A DNA stretch of 64,000 bases from the human T2T-CHM13v2.0 reference genome, Homo sapiens (GCF_009914755.1 NC_060926.1), one strand, 5' to 3'; shown: positions 45,320-61,108, counted from the stretch's first letter. Notes: a model not told the origin generated them from the sequence alone. Program-made: numbers and translations.

Positions 45320-45805
45320 CGAATGGCCCACTCTCCACCCTTCTCTGCCCTGCTCTGTGCCTGGGCAGGCTGACTGCTGCAGACTACATTCCCTACTCAT
45401 GACAGTCCTCTGGCTTCTGGTGGGTTTCATCGATAGGAGGGAGTTATAAGGGGCGAAGAGCGAGTAGACAGGACGATATTTACCTCCCCCCACAGCCCAC
45501 ACTCACACCTGGCCAGTTTTGGCTCTGGCTTCTTTCCTCTGCCACATTCCTGTTGAGCAGCATCTCTGCCTGCCTTGGCAACAGCTCCCACTGAGTTACC
45601 GTAACAGCTCCCGCCCCTTGTCCCTACTAGAACTTCCTAGTATCTAGTTCCTGGATGCATCTGCATCCCCTGTTGGTACTTTTAACCTTGCCCACACCTC
45701 CGCAAGGTGTGGACATGGTTAAAGGTGGTGTCCCTTTGCTAAACTCTCTTCAGGTTCCACTTTGAATGTACCATCTGTTTCCTGTTGGAACACTTAGTCC
45801 TTCCC
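45320..45805 (+). mobile_element. ERVL solo LTR relic (LTR33/LTR41-like)
   Basis: CTCCACCCTTCTCTGCCCTGCTCTGTGCC..AAACTCTCTTC..CCATCTGTTTCCTG. Confidence 0.55.
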
Positions 45806-45967
45806 GAAGTGGGTGACTCACAGACAGCTGAGTGCCTCTCTCTCCTCTCCTCTCCCTTCCTCTCTGGGTTGGTGCCCCTGCACCAGGCACCCAGTCCTCT
45901 CTCCTACAAAACACAATCTTACTGGGCCAGGCTCTGTTCTGCAATAGGGAGGTCTGCAGTTGGGCGC

Positions 45968-46362
45968 TGTATTAGGCCATTCCTGCGTTCCTATAAAGAA
46001 ATACTGGAGACTACGTAATGTATAAGAAATGAGGTTTCATTGGCTCATAGTTCTGCAGGCTGTACAGTGCCGGCATCTGCTTCTAGGGAGGCCTCAGGAA
46101 GCTTTTACTCACCATGGAATGGGAAGCAGGAGCAGGCACGTCACATGGAGGAAACAGGAGTGCATGGGGGTGGAGTGGGAGGGAGTGACGGTGCCACACA
46201 CTTTCAGACCGTATCTCCTGAGAACTCACTCACTATGCGGCAGACAGCACCAAGCCTTGAGGGATCCACCCCCATGACCCAAATACCTCCTACCAGGCCC
46301 CCCTTCAACACTGGGGATTACATCTCAACATGAGATTTGAAGGCGACATCCAAACTATATCA
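45968..46362 (-). mobile_element. MST (MSTA/MSTB) MaLR solo LTR
   Basis: TGTATTAGGCCATT..GGCCTCAGGAAGCTT..GAGAACTCACTCACTAT..CATCCAAACTATATCA. Confidence 0.88.
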
Positions 46363-46559
46363 GGGTCCAATAGGTGAAATTCAGGGGGAAGATATTAAAA
46401 AGCCCAATTTTGTCTATGGATAAAAGATCCATTCTATAATCCAGTTTAACCAATAAAAAAATTGAGACTTTTGATTCCCAAGATCAATATCTAGTTCTCA
46501 GCTGCTTCTGCACTCGGAATGTATGGGACATCATTCACTGGTTCCCTTAAATCCCAACA

Positions 46560-47566
46560 ACCACTCTCAAATGTATATCTCCAGTTTCAGACTCATATAG
46601 ACAGCTGTCTTGTTGTTCCACAGGCTCCTCATTGAACATACTCACAGCAAACTCATCATCTTCCTCTTTCTACCCTCAAACCTGGGGCTCCTCCAGTGTT
46701 TCCTGTTTCATTCTATGTTACCACTCTCCATACTGTTGCTCATGCCCAAAACCTGAAAGTCATTCTTGACACCTTCTTTTTCATCCTTCTATATATGAAT
46801 TTTCAGATACAGTAAATCCTATGAACAGATCATTTATCCAATCCATCCACTTCTCTCCACCATCATAGCTATACCCCAGTACAAGCCATCATCAACTCTT
46901 GCCTGGACATAGCATTAACTTACAGTTCTACGAGCTCAGCTCTCTTCTTCCCTGATCTCTCAACCATTCTTCAATCAGTATGCAAGGCCTTTCACGTGTT
47001 TTAAAATCAAATCTGAGCATGATATTGTCCTGCTTAGAAGCTTTTAGGGCTCCCAACTGGTCATATGATAAAGTCCATTGGGAAGGAGAGTGAGAGGGAA
47101 AAAAAAGCTTTTTTTAAGGATCAAGTCCAAGGGCTCACCATAGCTTAAAAGGCCCTTCAAGATCTTTCCCCTGGCTTGCTTCATGAAGAACTAATTTATC
47201 TTCACACACAGCACTCCGGACACACTGGCCTTCTCTATTCCTTTAAACGCCTTGCTCCTCCCCACCTCAGAACATCAAACATTCCATTCCAGTTCCATCT
47301 GCCCAGAAAGCTCCATCCATCAGCTCCCACATGCCCAGCCCGGCCCTTTCATTCCTTGCCTGGGCTCCAGCTCCTGCACTTGTCCTGTGTAACACTTGTC
47401 ACCATTATCGATATGTGGTCACTTTCTATGTGGTCAAGTCCTCTAGACCTGAAGCTCCTTCTGAATTGGAACTGTGTCTACCTTGTTCACTTCTAGGTCT
47501 CAGGGCCTAGCACACAGCCTGCCTTGTGGTGGTTGTTTAATACACATCTGTTGAATGAATGAATGA
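46560..47566 (+). mobile_element. L2 relic
   Basis: ATATCTCCAG..AAACCTGAAAGTCATTCTTGAC..CCATCCACTTCTCTCCA..TGTTGAATGAATGAATG. Confidence 0.8.
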
Positions 47567-47726
47567 TGTTGAGCCCATAGTTTTTTCACTTTGAGCCTCA
47601 GTTTCTTCATCTGTTAAGCTAGAGGAAGTGAGGTTTCTTCCAATGTGAACATTTCATGATTTTATGACTGCAAAGCACTTCTTTGAACACCAAAATTGCT
47701 CAGTTGAAGATAACATGGTTAAAGAG

Positions 47727-47730
<4 letters not shown>

Positions 47731-47761
<31 letters not shown>
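47731..47761. repeat. Poly(T)31, part of a small insert flanked by direct repeats
   Basis: TAAAGAGGAAAT at 47720-47731 and 47790-47801. Confidence 0.95.
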
Positions 47762-48187
47762 CAAATTTTAACCATTGAAGTCTCAGTCATAAAGAGGAAA
47801 TCCATGAGACAACTCTGCTGCTCCCACCTGTCCATGGTCTACTGGTAAATACAACATACGCAACAGTCTCACAGGTCAAAAGGCATCTCTGCTTCCAAGA
47901 GTTTATCTCCTCTCCCTCAAGAAAGTTAAATTACAGGTGTGGCCTGATGTTTCTAGCTACCCTTCTGGTGCATGAGACAATCCATAAAACCTCCAAACTT
48001 TACCATACTGAGACATCCCAGATTCTGACGGCACAAACAGGGATGGATTTCAAATTTGTGAGCTTTATCATTTTCTTCTTTTGGGGGTGGTGGGTGTTAC
48101 TAGAATCTTTACACATTATATTGTTTTAAAAAGTTTTAAAGTGGAAACAAACTAAAGAAACAAATATTAGCCCTCTCTAGAATCTCA

Positions 48188-48856
<669 letters not shown>

Positions 48857-49209
48857 CAACCTTTAGGAATTTATTCCTCTAGAGCACAGGGTGGCAAACT
48901 ATATAGCCCATGGGCCAAATCCAGCCCCACTGCCTGATTTTGTATGACCCATGAACTAGGAATTATTTTTTTCAGAATAACATTTGCAGTCAATCTGATG
49001 ATAGGAAACACTAACTTTAAACATCACTTAAACAAAATATTATCCCCCGAAAAGGAATCTGTCTTCTCATTAGTAGACTTCTATTACAAAAACATTGTAC
49101 TAAATTATTGTTAAAGTTTTAATTTCATCTATTTAAAATGTGCAGAAGTTTGTTTTCTCTTGTTATATGAGGACCTACATAATATCCACAATTTTGCCTC
49201 TTGGCCCAC

Positions 49210-49582
49210 TGATTCGGTTTTTCTGTGTCCCTACCCAAATCTCTTCTTGAACTGTACTTCCCATAATCCCCACCTGTTGTGGAGGGACCCAGTGGGAGGT
49301 AATTGAATCATGGGGGCAGTTAGCCCCAGGATGTTCTCATGATAGTGAGTGAGTTCTCACAGATCTGATAGTTTTATAAGGGGCTTTTCCCCCTTTGCTC
49401 AGCACTTCTCCTTCCAGACGCCATGTGAAGAAGGATGTGTTTACTTCCCCTTCTGCCATGATTGTAAGTTTCCTGAGGCCTCTCCAGCTATGCTGAACTG
49501 TGAGTCAAGTAAGCCTCTTTCCTTTATAAATTACCCAGTCTCAGTTATGTCTTTAGAAGCAGTATGAGAATGGACTAACACA
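49210..49582 (+). mobile_element. THE1 (C/D-like) solo LTR
   Basis: GGGAGGTAATTGAATCATGGGGGC..CCATGATTGTAAGTTTCCTGAGGCC..GAGAATGGACTAACACA; perfect 5-bp TSD CCCAC. Confidence 0.93.
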
Positions 49583-49606
49583 CCCACAAATCCTAAAATA
49601 TTTTCT

Positions 49607-49817
49607 TTTTTAAAAAATAGAGACAGAGTCTCTGTTGCCCAGGCTGGAGTGCAGTGGTGCTGATTATAGCTTACTATAACCTCCAATTCCTGGGTTCAAG
49701 GAATCCTCCCACTTCAGCCTCCCAAGTAGCTAGGACTACAGGCACAGGTTACCATATCCAGCTAATTTTCAAAAATTTTTTTGTAGAGATGGGGTCTTGC
49801 TATGTTGCCCAGGCTGC
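49607..49817 (-). mobile_element. 5'-truncated AluJ
   Basis: TSD AAAATATTTTCT. Confidence 0.92.
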
Positions 49818-49994
49818 AAAATATTTTCTATGTGGCCTACTAGAGAAAAAGTTTGCTGAACTCTTCTCTAGAGGAATCTCAGTGTCACCTACTCATTTAG
49901 CCAGGGAATTTCTAAGCATAGGTAGAAACATTTTTATTCTGATAAAAAGGATCTATTTTTAATCTGTTTTCATCTTCTATAATTTTCCAGTTAC

Positions 49995-50250
49995 TTTTTT
50001 TATAACAGCTTTGAGATATAATTCACACACCATGCAATTCATCTGTGCAGTTCATCCATTTAAAGTATACAATTTAATGGATATTAGTAAATTCAATTTT
50101 ACAACCATCATTACAATTAATTTTAGAACATTTTCAGCACCCCATAAGAAATCCCTTAGTAGTCAGACCCCATGTACCCCTGGCCCCAGGCAATCACTCA
50201 TCTATTTTCTGTCTATGGATTTGCCTACTCTGGACATTTCATATACATTT
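49995..50250 (-). mobile_element. L1MB-like 3' end
   Basis: CAGCTTTGAGATATAATTCACACACCA..TCTATGGATTTGCCTACTCTGGACATTTCATATA. Confidence 0.82.
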
Positions 50251-50896
50251 TCCATATCACTTTTCTGTATTTGCTTTGACTGATCTTAATTTTTATTTAT
50301 GTCCTTTTAACACTTTAAAACAAGAATCAATACTGTAAGTGTGAGTCTTAGGAGTCTTTGACACCTCTAACATCCTATCTTTTCCATCATGAAATTTATC
50401 CCACAGATAGGGTCCCACTGGCTACATTTCCCTTACAGAAATGTTAAATGATTGAATATCCAAAGGCCAAGAAAGTGGTACCCAGTGCATAGGAGTCCTC
50501 AATCTCCCAGCTTGTAGCTTTTTGAGTTGCTGAGTTATGATATATCAGGAATCAGCCCAAATATCTGTCATAGCTTATAGATACTATGAATCTCTGAGAT
50601 GTGAAGAAAAAGTGGTAAAAAGAGAATTGCTTGCACAAATTGCTCTTGAGAAATATGGCATAGTATTTAAATATTTCATTTTAACTAAAGTGTTCTTTCA
50701 GAAGCGAGATTTTTTTTTAAACCACGCTTGGCCTCACCAATAATTATTTGCTTTTATTATTGCTAACAGGTCCTCTGACTGGAAACTACCACTTCATCTT
50801 GATGGTTATAGTAATTAGTTATAATGACTTTTAATGAGTCCTTGAGTTCTTTCCTTACTTATTAAAAAGCCATAGCATTTAAATCACCTCATCTAC

Positions 50897-51592
<696 letters not shown>

Positions 51593-51609
51593 AGCTGTGC
51601 AGAAACATT

Positions 51610-52000
51610 CTTTGGTTTACGCAATAATTACTCTGGCAAGAGACATTTCTGTCTTCCTTTTACTTCCTTGTTTTCCTTCTCTTTCTTCTTTAAATGATCC
51701 CCTTTAAGTGTTTACAAATTTAAAGATTTCAGCTCTAAATATTTTGTTTGTTTTATATATGTTCTGTATATAGACCAATTCTTGTGCCAGGCCCAAATAT
51801 TTCCGGCTGCTCTGTTCTGCTCTGCCTACTTCCTGTTTGGTTGACTTTGACTTCCTGTCCTCTGTCAAAGGGCTTCATTAAAGTTATAAACTTCCATTTT
51901 GACCTAGGCACTGTGTTCTATTTCTGAATCCGCCAGTGGTCTTGAGCAACAGTACGCATACGGTAACTGTTAAGTATAATACAGGAAGTGAAAATTAAAG
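51610..52000. promoter_or_regulatory. Candidate ETS/C-EBP/IRF enhancer
   Basis: TTACGCAAT at 51617-51625, several ACTTCCT, GGAAGTGAAA at 51984-51993; motif evidence only. Confidence 0.35.
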
Positions 52001-52300
52001 TACTATGTCTTAAGATTGATAGAATTAAATGCTCAGTTTAAGGAAATACATGGTGGAGACCATTTTTCAGGAGCTCAGACCTCAGCCAGACTGAGTCTCT
52101 CTTTTAGGGATAGTTGGATCTCTCTTATTTTCGGCTGCAAATAACAGGAAACTCAACTGGTTTACATCATAATGGAATATTTATTATCTCATATAACGAG
52201 GAGTCTGAGGTAGGATGGTTCCAATTCAGCAGCTAATCATGTCACCAAAAACTCAGATTCCTTCCAATTCTTTCTACTCTAACATCTTCAGTATGGTGGC

Positions 52301-52596
52301 TTTATTTTTATTTTTTGAGAAAGGGTCTCACTCTGTTGCCAGGCTGCAATGCAGTGGCATAATCTTGGCTCCCTGAAACCTGCACCTCCCAGGTTCAAGC
52401 GATTCTCATGCCTCAGCCTCCCAAGTAGCTGGATTACAGGCGTGCACCACCACGCCTGGCTAATTTTTGTAGTTTTAGTAGAAACGGGGTTTGGCCATGT
52501 TGACCAGGCTGGTCTTGAACTCCTGGCCTCAAGTGATCTGCCTGCCTTGGCCTCCCAAAGTGCTGAGATTACAGGCATGAGCCACTGTGCCCAGCC
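52301..52596 (-). mobile_element. Alu (AluS-type)
   Basis: TSD ATGGTGGCTTTATTTTTA. Confidence 0.96.
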
Positions 52597-52728
52597 CATG
52601 GTGGCTTTATTTTTAACTCATGTCTTAAAATGGCTTCTGTGGTTTACTTATCACATGCAGACACAGCAAAGTCTAGTGAATTCCTGGGTGCTCCTTTTTA
52701 TGAGTAGGAAAAAAAAAACCCAAAGAAC

Positions 52729-53071
52729 TATTTCAGTTCGTTTGAGCTGCCATAAAAGAATATTGGAGACTGAGTAATTTATAAAGAACAGAAATTCATT
52801 TTCTCACAGTTCTGGAGGGTGGGAAGTCCAAGATCAAGGTGCTGACATTTTGCAACGACCTTCTTGGTGTGTCATCACATGGCAGAAGGGTAAGAGTGCA
52901 AGAGAGCTCCCCCTTCAACCTTGAGTCCTTTTATAAGGGCCCTAATCCTATCCATGAAGGCACCACCCTTATGACTTAATCATCTCTTAAAGGCCCCACC
53001 TCTTAATATTATGACATTGGGAATTAGGCTTCCAACACATGAATGTTGAGGGACACATTCAAACCACAGCA
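52729..53071 (-). mobile_element. MLT1A/MSTD-like MaLR LTR
   Basis: TCTCACAGTTCTGGAGG..GAAGTCCAAGATCAAGGTGCTG..GACACATTCAAACCACAGCA. Confidence 0.85.
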
Positions 53072-53084
53072 AAAACCTATTCCA

Positions 53085-53368
53085 GGCTGCACACGGAATC
53101 CCAGAATTTTGGGAGGCCAAGGCAGGTGCATCACCTGAGGTCAGGAGTTTGAGACCAGCCTGGCCAACATGGTGAAACCCCATCTCTACTAAAAATACAA
53201 AAATTAGCCAGGCGTGATGGCACATGCCTATAGTCCCAGCTACTCAGGAGGCTGAGGTATTGAGAATCACTTAAACCCAGGAGGTGGAGGTTGCAGTGAG
53301 CCGAGATTGTGCCACTGCACTCCAGCCTGGACGACAGAGTGAGGCTCTGTATCAAAAAAAAAAAAAAG
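53085..53368 (+). mobile_element. Alu (AluS-type), 5' end degraded
   Basis: Dimeric Alu with poly(A). Confidence 0.94.
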
Positions 53369-53376
53369 TAATGTGA

Positions 53377-53765
<389 letters not shown>

Positions 53766-53840
53766 TTGATCTATCACTTTTAATTAAGCACTAAGTAAAA
53801 ATAAAGATGTATACATTTACTATGAAAATGAAAACATTTC

Positions 53841-54144
53841 AGCTGGGCACGGTGGCTCCCAAAGCCTGTAATCCCAGCACTTTGGGAGGCAGGGGCGGGC
53901 GGATCACAAGGTCAGGAGATTGAGACCATCCTGGCCAACACGGTGAAACCTTGTCTCTATTAAAAATACAGAAAAAAAATTAGCTGGGCATGGTGGCGCG
54001 TGCCTGTAATCCCAGCTACTTGGGAGGCTGAGGCAGGAGAATCACTTGAACCAGGGAGTCAGAGGTTGCAGCGAGCCGAGATCACGACACAGCACTCCAG
54101 CCTGGCGACAGAGTGAGATTTTGTCTTAAAAAAAGAAAGAAAGA
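53841..54144 (+). mobile_element. Alu (AluSc-like)
   Basis: TSD GAAAATGAAAACATTTCA. Confidence 0.96.
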
Positions 54145-54196
54145 AAATGAAAACATTTCATCTGGAATATCCAAAATTAGGTTTAATATATTTTAA

Positions 54197-54621
<425 letters not shown>

Positions 54622-54804
54622 TAACTTAGAAAGCCCAACCTCCTGCTCACAATTTCCTACTTTTCCAATTTTTCAACTCCCTGGTTATATAAAATCTGTT
54701 CTTTAAGCTGATTAGGACCTACAAGGCTTGGAACCATTCCCAGTTTCCTAGGATATCTATTCTCTAGACAATTTCCTTCCTTATAGTGCTCAGTATAAAA
54801 TCCA

Positions 54805-55090
54805 GGTCGGGCCCGATGGCTCACGCCTATAATCTCAGCACGGTGGGAGGCCAAGGCAGGAGGACTGCTTGAACCCAGGAGTTTGAGACCAGCCTGGGCA
54901 ACATAGGGAGACCCCATCTCTACAAAAATAATTTTAAAATTAGCCAGGTGTGGTGGCTTGTCCCTGTAATCCCAGCTACTCATGACGCTGAAGCAGGAGA
55001 ATCACTTGAGCCCAGGAATTTGAAGCTACAGTGAGCCGTGACTGTGCCACTGCAGGGTGACAGCTGGTCTCTAAAAGAAAAAAAAAAAAA
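54805..55090 (+). mobile_element. Alu (AluJ-type) with 3' deletions
   Basis: Dimeric Alu with poly(A). Confidence 0.93.
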
Positions 55091-55401
55091 TCTATGGCAA
55101 ATGTAATATAATGTCAGGTGAAAAAAAAAATCCAGGCTACCAAAGTTTATGTATAAATGATACATAGTGATATAAAATATATAAAAGTTACATGAGGATA
55201 TACTCCAAATCACTACTCTTGGTTATTTTTTGCATAGGGGTTGGTCATTTTACTTGACTTTCATTTTCTCTGCCTTAATTTTTTTACCATGATCAAGTAA
55301 TAGCAGAAGAAATAAACCAAAGCCTGCATATGAAAAAGCTCTAGAAGACAACACATACACACATACTCACACATGCACGTAGGTGATGTCTGTATTAGTG
55401 A

Positions 55402-55626
<225 letters not shown>

Positions 55627-55689
55627 TAATTTAAAAATAAACATATTTTAGCAAAAAATTAAAGACTTTGAATGTTATTAAAGAATTTA

Positions 55690-55830
55690 GGTCCGGGAGT
55701 AGTGGTTCACGCCTATAATCCCAGCACTTTGGCAGGCTGAGGTGGGAGGGCTGCTTGAGCCCAGGAGTTTGAGACCAGCTCTGGGCAACAATAGTGAGAT
55801 TCCATCTCAATCTAAAAATAAATAAGTAAA
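55690..55830 (+). mobile_element. FLAM_C-like monomer
   Basis: Left monomer with A-rich tail. Confidence 0.88.
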
Positions 55831-56364
55831 ATATACATATGAACTTAGTAACTGGTTGGCCCAGCTTGCTTGCTTTCATGACAGTAATCCATGATTTTGA
55901 TACCCGTCTTAATATAATCACTATCATACCTCTCTGCAGGCATAGTTATCACTTTGGGTAGGAGTTGAGCCTTGTGCCTCTTTTTGTTTTTCTTGATGGT
56001 ATCTAACGCCCAGTGGTGATACATTGTCACTCATATCAATACTGGTGTGATTCAATGTGTAATAATTTATATTTTATTCGACATTTAATGAGCATCTACA
56101 ATGCTAAAGGCACTGTACTAGCCACTCTAGGGCATAAAAGATGAACAAGACACAGTCAATGCCTTTAATTAAAGAAGTAAATGCACTGATTTTTACTTTT
56201 CCTACACAGGTATTGAATTGAGAATTTTGGGGAAAAGAACATGAAGAGTCTTAAAAGATATGGAACCTGTGAACGCTAAACCTTCATATATTTGCATTTT
56301 TATTAGTAAGATTATGGCTGCCAGTTATATTGTTTTATATCTTAGGTCATATTTTGAAATGTGA

Positions 56365-56545
56365 TGTGACATAGTGAAAAAGAAACAAAGAGTCTGGAGG
56401 TCTGGTTTCAAGTTTCAACTCAGCAATTAACTACCTAATGAACACGGGCAAGGTACTTAAACTTCCTGTGCCTCATTTTCCTCATGTGTAAAACGAGGGA
56501 GATGAACTAAATGATCTACAGGGTTCCTTCCAACCTTAAAATTGA
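56365..56545 (+). mobile_element. MIR (MIR3-like)
   Basis: GGGCAAGGTACTTAAACTTCCTGTGCCTCATTTTCCTCATGTGTAAAA..GATCTACAGGGTTCCTTCCA. Confidence 0.8.
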
Positions 56546-56789
56546 ACTAACTCTCTCCTGTTGAGACATAAAAGAGGCACCATATGACTTGAAGGTGATG
56601 ATGACTTCATTACTTGTTCTGAAAAATGTTAATTCTAAATTGGAACAAGTAATCACTGGATCTCATGGTTGTGACACATCAGACATTACTACAGTTAGAG
56701 AAACCCAAGTTAGCACACTGTGTCATACTTCTAGGCAGTGCTATATACGCAAAACTAGCATACCACAGTATAGGGCCTACACAATATAA

Positions 56790-57106
<317 letters not shown>

Positions 57107-57108
57107 CG

Positions 57109-57248
57109 ATTTTTTTTTTTTTTTTTAAATAGAGACAGGGTCTCGCTATGTTGCCCAGGCTGGTTTTGAAATCCTGGGCTCAAGCAATCCTCCTGCCTCA
57201 GCCTCCCAAAATGTTGAGATTACAGGTGTGAGCCGCTGTGCCCAGCCA
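57109..57248 (-). mobile_element. FLAM_C-like monomer
   Basis: Left monomer with its own T-tail. Confidence 0.88.
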
Positions 57249-57534
57249 AGAAAATTTTTAACAATGGATATTTTACGAATGCTTTTTGGAGTTTTTATGT
57301 ACTAAGATTTCATTTCTCTGGGTGTTCATTAATCTTATGTTTCAGTTCCTTAAATGAAAATAGGTGAGTGGGGCAGGTTTCCTCAGAGGTATAGTTTTTA
57401 CTTTAGGGACTATCCCTTTCTCCTAAAGTGTGCTTTAAAGACGGCAGCACATGAACTTGTCTTAGATAGGAGGGACAGCAGGCAAAAGTGATGACAGGAT
57501 CTGGGTCTGCTGCCACACACCAAACTATTTATGA

Positions 57535-57807
<273 letters not shown>

Positions 57808-58304
57808 TCTCATTCTTTATGGGTTTTTTGTTTTTTTTTTTTTTGCCCTTAAGTTTTGTTTTTTACAACCTTATAAATCACATAATTGAGTTTCAGAGAT
57901 CTCAAACAATACTAATGCAGTAAGTAAACAGGAGAGCAGGAGTGGGGTTTGGCCAACAGTACTGGTAAAATTCACTCATAGTGGTTGAACCCAGCTGTTG
58001 CAGCTATTTGTCCTTAATAGGAAGGACACCTCCTCACTACAGAGAGTTGGGCAGTGATTTGCAGTATGCTAACTGGGACTAGGGCATACTCTCGATAAGG
58101 TTTAATTTTTTGTAAGAGAACCATGTGGCTTAAATTGATGTAAAGCATCTACATAAACTACATAACGGAAGACAGGTAACTCAGATAATGGGGGTATCAA
58201 AGACGAAATTTGGCCATTTATCTAGAATTATCTGAGGGAGAACCCCAATGAATCCAACAGATACAATCACTCTGGTTATTAGAGTAGTGTAAGAATCACA
58301 GTCA

Positions 58305-58522
58305 TACGTGCTGACTTATTCAGAGGGCAAAGTACCAGTGTCTGCAACTTATTTTGAAATACATTTTTAAAAACCAGATAGATGAATGGATAGACAGAGG
58401 GATGGAAAAATAAACAGACAGGTGATAAGGCAAGTGCAGCAAAATGTTAATGGTGGAATCTAGTTAGTGGGTATACATATGTTCCCGGAAAAAAAATCTT
58501 TCAGTTTGGCTGTATATTTGAA
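58305..58522 (+). mobile_element. L1ME4-like 3' end
   Basis: TGTCTGCAACTTATTTTGAAAT..GCAAAATGTTAATGGTGGAATCTAG..GTGGGTATA. Confidence 0.72.
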
Positions 58523-58798
58523 TTTTTTTTTTTTTTTTTTTGAGACGGGTCTTTCTCTGTTGCCCAGGCTGGAATGCAGTGCCAGGATCATGGCTCACTA
58601 TAGCCTTGACCTTCTGGGCTTAGCTGGAACCACAGGTATGTGTCACCACACCTGGCTAATTAAAAAAAAAAAAATCTTTTGTAGAGATGGTGTCTCATTT
58701 TGTTGTCCAGGCTGGTCTTGAACTCCTGGATCAAGCGATCCTCCCACCTTGGCATCCCAAAGTGCTAGGATTACAGGCATGAGCCACCATGCCTGGCC
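58523..58798 (-). mobile_element. AluJ with a right-arm deletion
   Basis: CTGGGCT joined directly to TAGCTGGAACC. Confidence 0.92.
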
Positions 58799-58839
58799 CC
58801 AAACATTTTTATGATAAAACAGGAAAAAAACCTGCCAAC

Positions 58840-59065
58840 ATTTCTGAGGGCTTTCCCTGTGTCAGGCACTTTGTATTAGTGATCTCAATTAGCCCTCACA
58901 AGAAGCCTGTGAGGTAGGTACCATATTACTACCCCTATTTTACAGATAAGCAAACAGGCACAGAGAGGCTAAGGGACTTGCCCAGAGTCTCACAGCTAAC
59001 AATCTAGGACAAGCTAAGATTCAAATCCAGGCCTGTGTGTTTGCAAAGCCAGGGCCTTTAGCTGT
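58840..59065 (-). mobile_element. MIR
   Basis: GTGAGGTAGGTACCATATTACTACCCCTATTTTACAGAT..GGCACAGAGAGGCTAAGGGACTTGCCCA. Confidence 0.88.
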
Positions 59066-59321
59066 GAAACACAGAGAATTCCGCAGATGTTTTTCAGAGC
59101 CTCCATTAAATATTACTGAGTATTATAAAACTTCTAGAACATAGGAAAATATTTTCATAACCTCAGTCCAAGAAGAGTTCTCTAACATTCACAAAAAACA
59201 CTATCAAAGAAAATAAATCAGACTTAATTAACACTAAGTTAAAAAGCTTCACTAAGATAATGAAAAGGCAAGCCACAGACTAGGAGAGGATACTTGCAAT
59301 GCATATATTTTATAACAATTC

Positions 59322-60075
<754 letters not shown>

Positions 60076-60173
60076 CCATTTTCTTTTCTAATGTGCAAAA
60101 GACTCAAACAGGTACTCTGCAAAGGAGGAGAGCCAAATGACTAGTACATTTGTAAAAAGGTGTTCAGTATCTT

Positions 60174-60650
60174 GGCCAGGCACAGTGGCTCACGCCTGTA
60201 ATCCCAGCACTTTGTTAGGCAGAGCGGGGTGGATCACGAGGTCAGGAGTTGGAGACCAGCCTAGCCAATATGGTGAAACTCCGTCTCTTCTAAAAAAAAA
60301 AAAAAATACAACCGGGCGCAGTGGCTCACGCCTGTAAGCCCAGCACTTTGGGAGGCCAAGGCAGGCGGATCACCTGAGGTCGGGAGTTTGAGACTAGTCT
60401 GACCAACACGGAGAAACCCCGTCTCTATTAACAATACAAAAATAAAATAAAATAAGACAAAACAAAAATACACAAATTAGCCGTGCACAGTGGGCTTGCC
60501 TGTAGTCCTAGTTACTTGGGAGGCTGAGGCAGAAGAATCGCTTGAACCTGAGAGGTGAAGGTTCCAGTGAGCCGAGATTGCGCCACTGTACTCCAGCCTG
60601 GGCGATAAAGCAAGACTCCGTCTCAAAAAAAAAAAAAAAAGAAAGAAAGG
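60174..60650 (+). mobile_element. Trimeric Alu (left-left-right)
   Basis: Left arm at 60174-60310, second left arm from 60312, right arm from ~60478; TSD AAAGG(T/A)GTTCAG(T/C)ATCT flanks the whole unit. Confidence 0.93.
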
Positions 60651-60785
60651 AAAGGAGTTCAGCATCTCTAGTTATCAGGGAAATGTATATAAAAACCACA
60701 AGAAGGTACTGCTACACCTCCATCAGACTGGCTAAAATTAAAAGGACAATACCAAGTGTTGGTGAAACAAATGGAATTATCTTAA

Positions 60786-61108
<323 letters not shown>

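Larger units (their letters stand above)
48885..49865. mobile_element. MER58B-like hAT-Charlie element hosting a THE1 LTR and an Alu
   Basis: GGCAAACTAT..CCCATGGGCCAAATCCAGCC..AAAAAGTTTGCTGA; perfect 8-bp TSD CTCTAGAG at 48877-48884 and 49866-49873. Confidence 0.82.

Noticed and set aside
44966-45502. 178-aa minus-strand ORF
   Set aside because: Starts within an LTR relic and shows no homology I can recognise
45692-45712. Hairpin CCACACCT-CCGCA-AGGTGTGG
   Set aside because: An 8-bp stem is expected by chance in 64 kb, and it lies in an LTR relic
55091-55137. Possible Alu 3' transduction, because AAAATCCAGG recurs about 40 bp after the tail
   Set aside because: The intervening sequence looks like host L1M 3' UTR, and a shorter TSD (AAAATC) directly follows the tail
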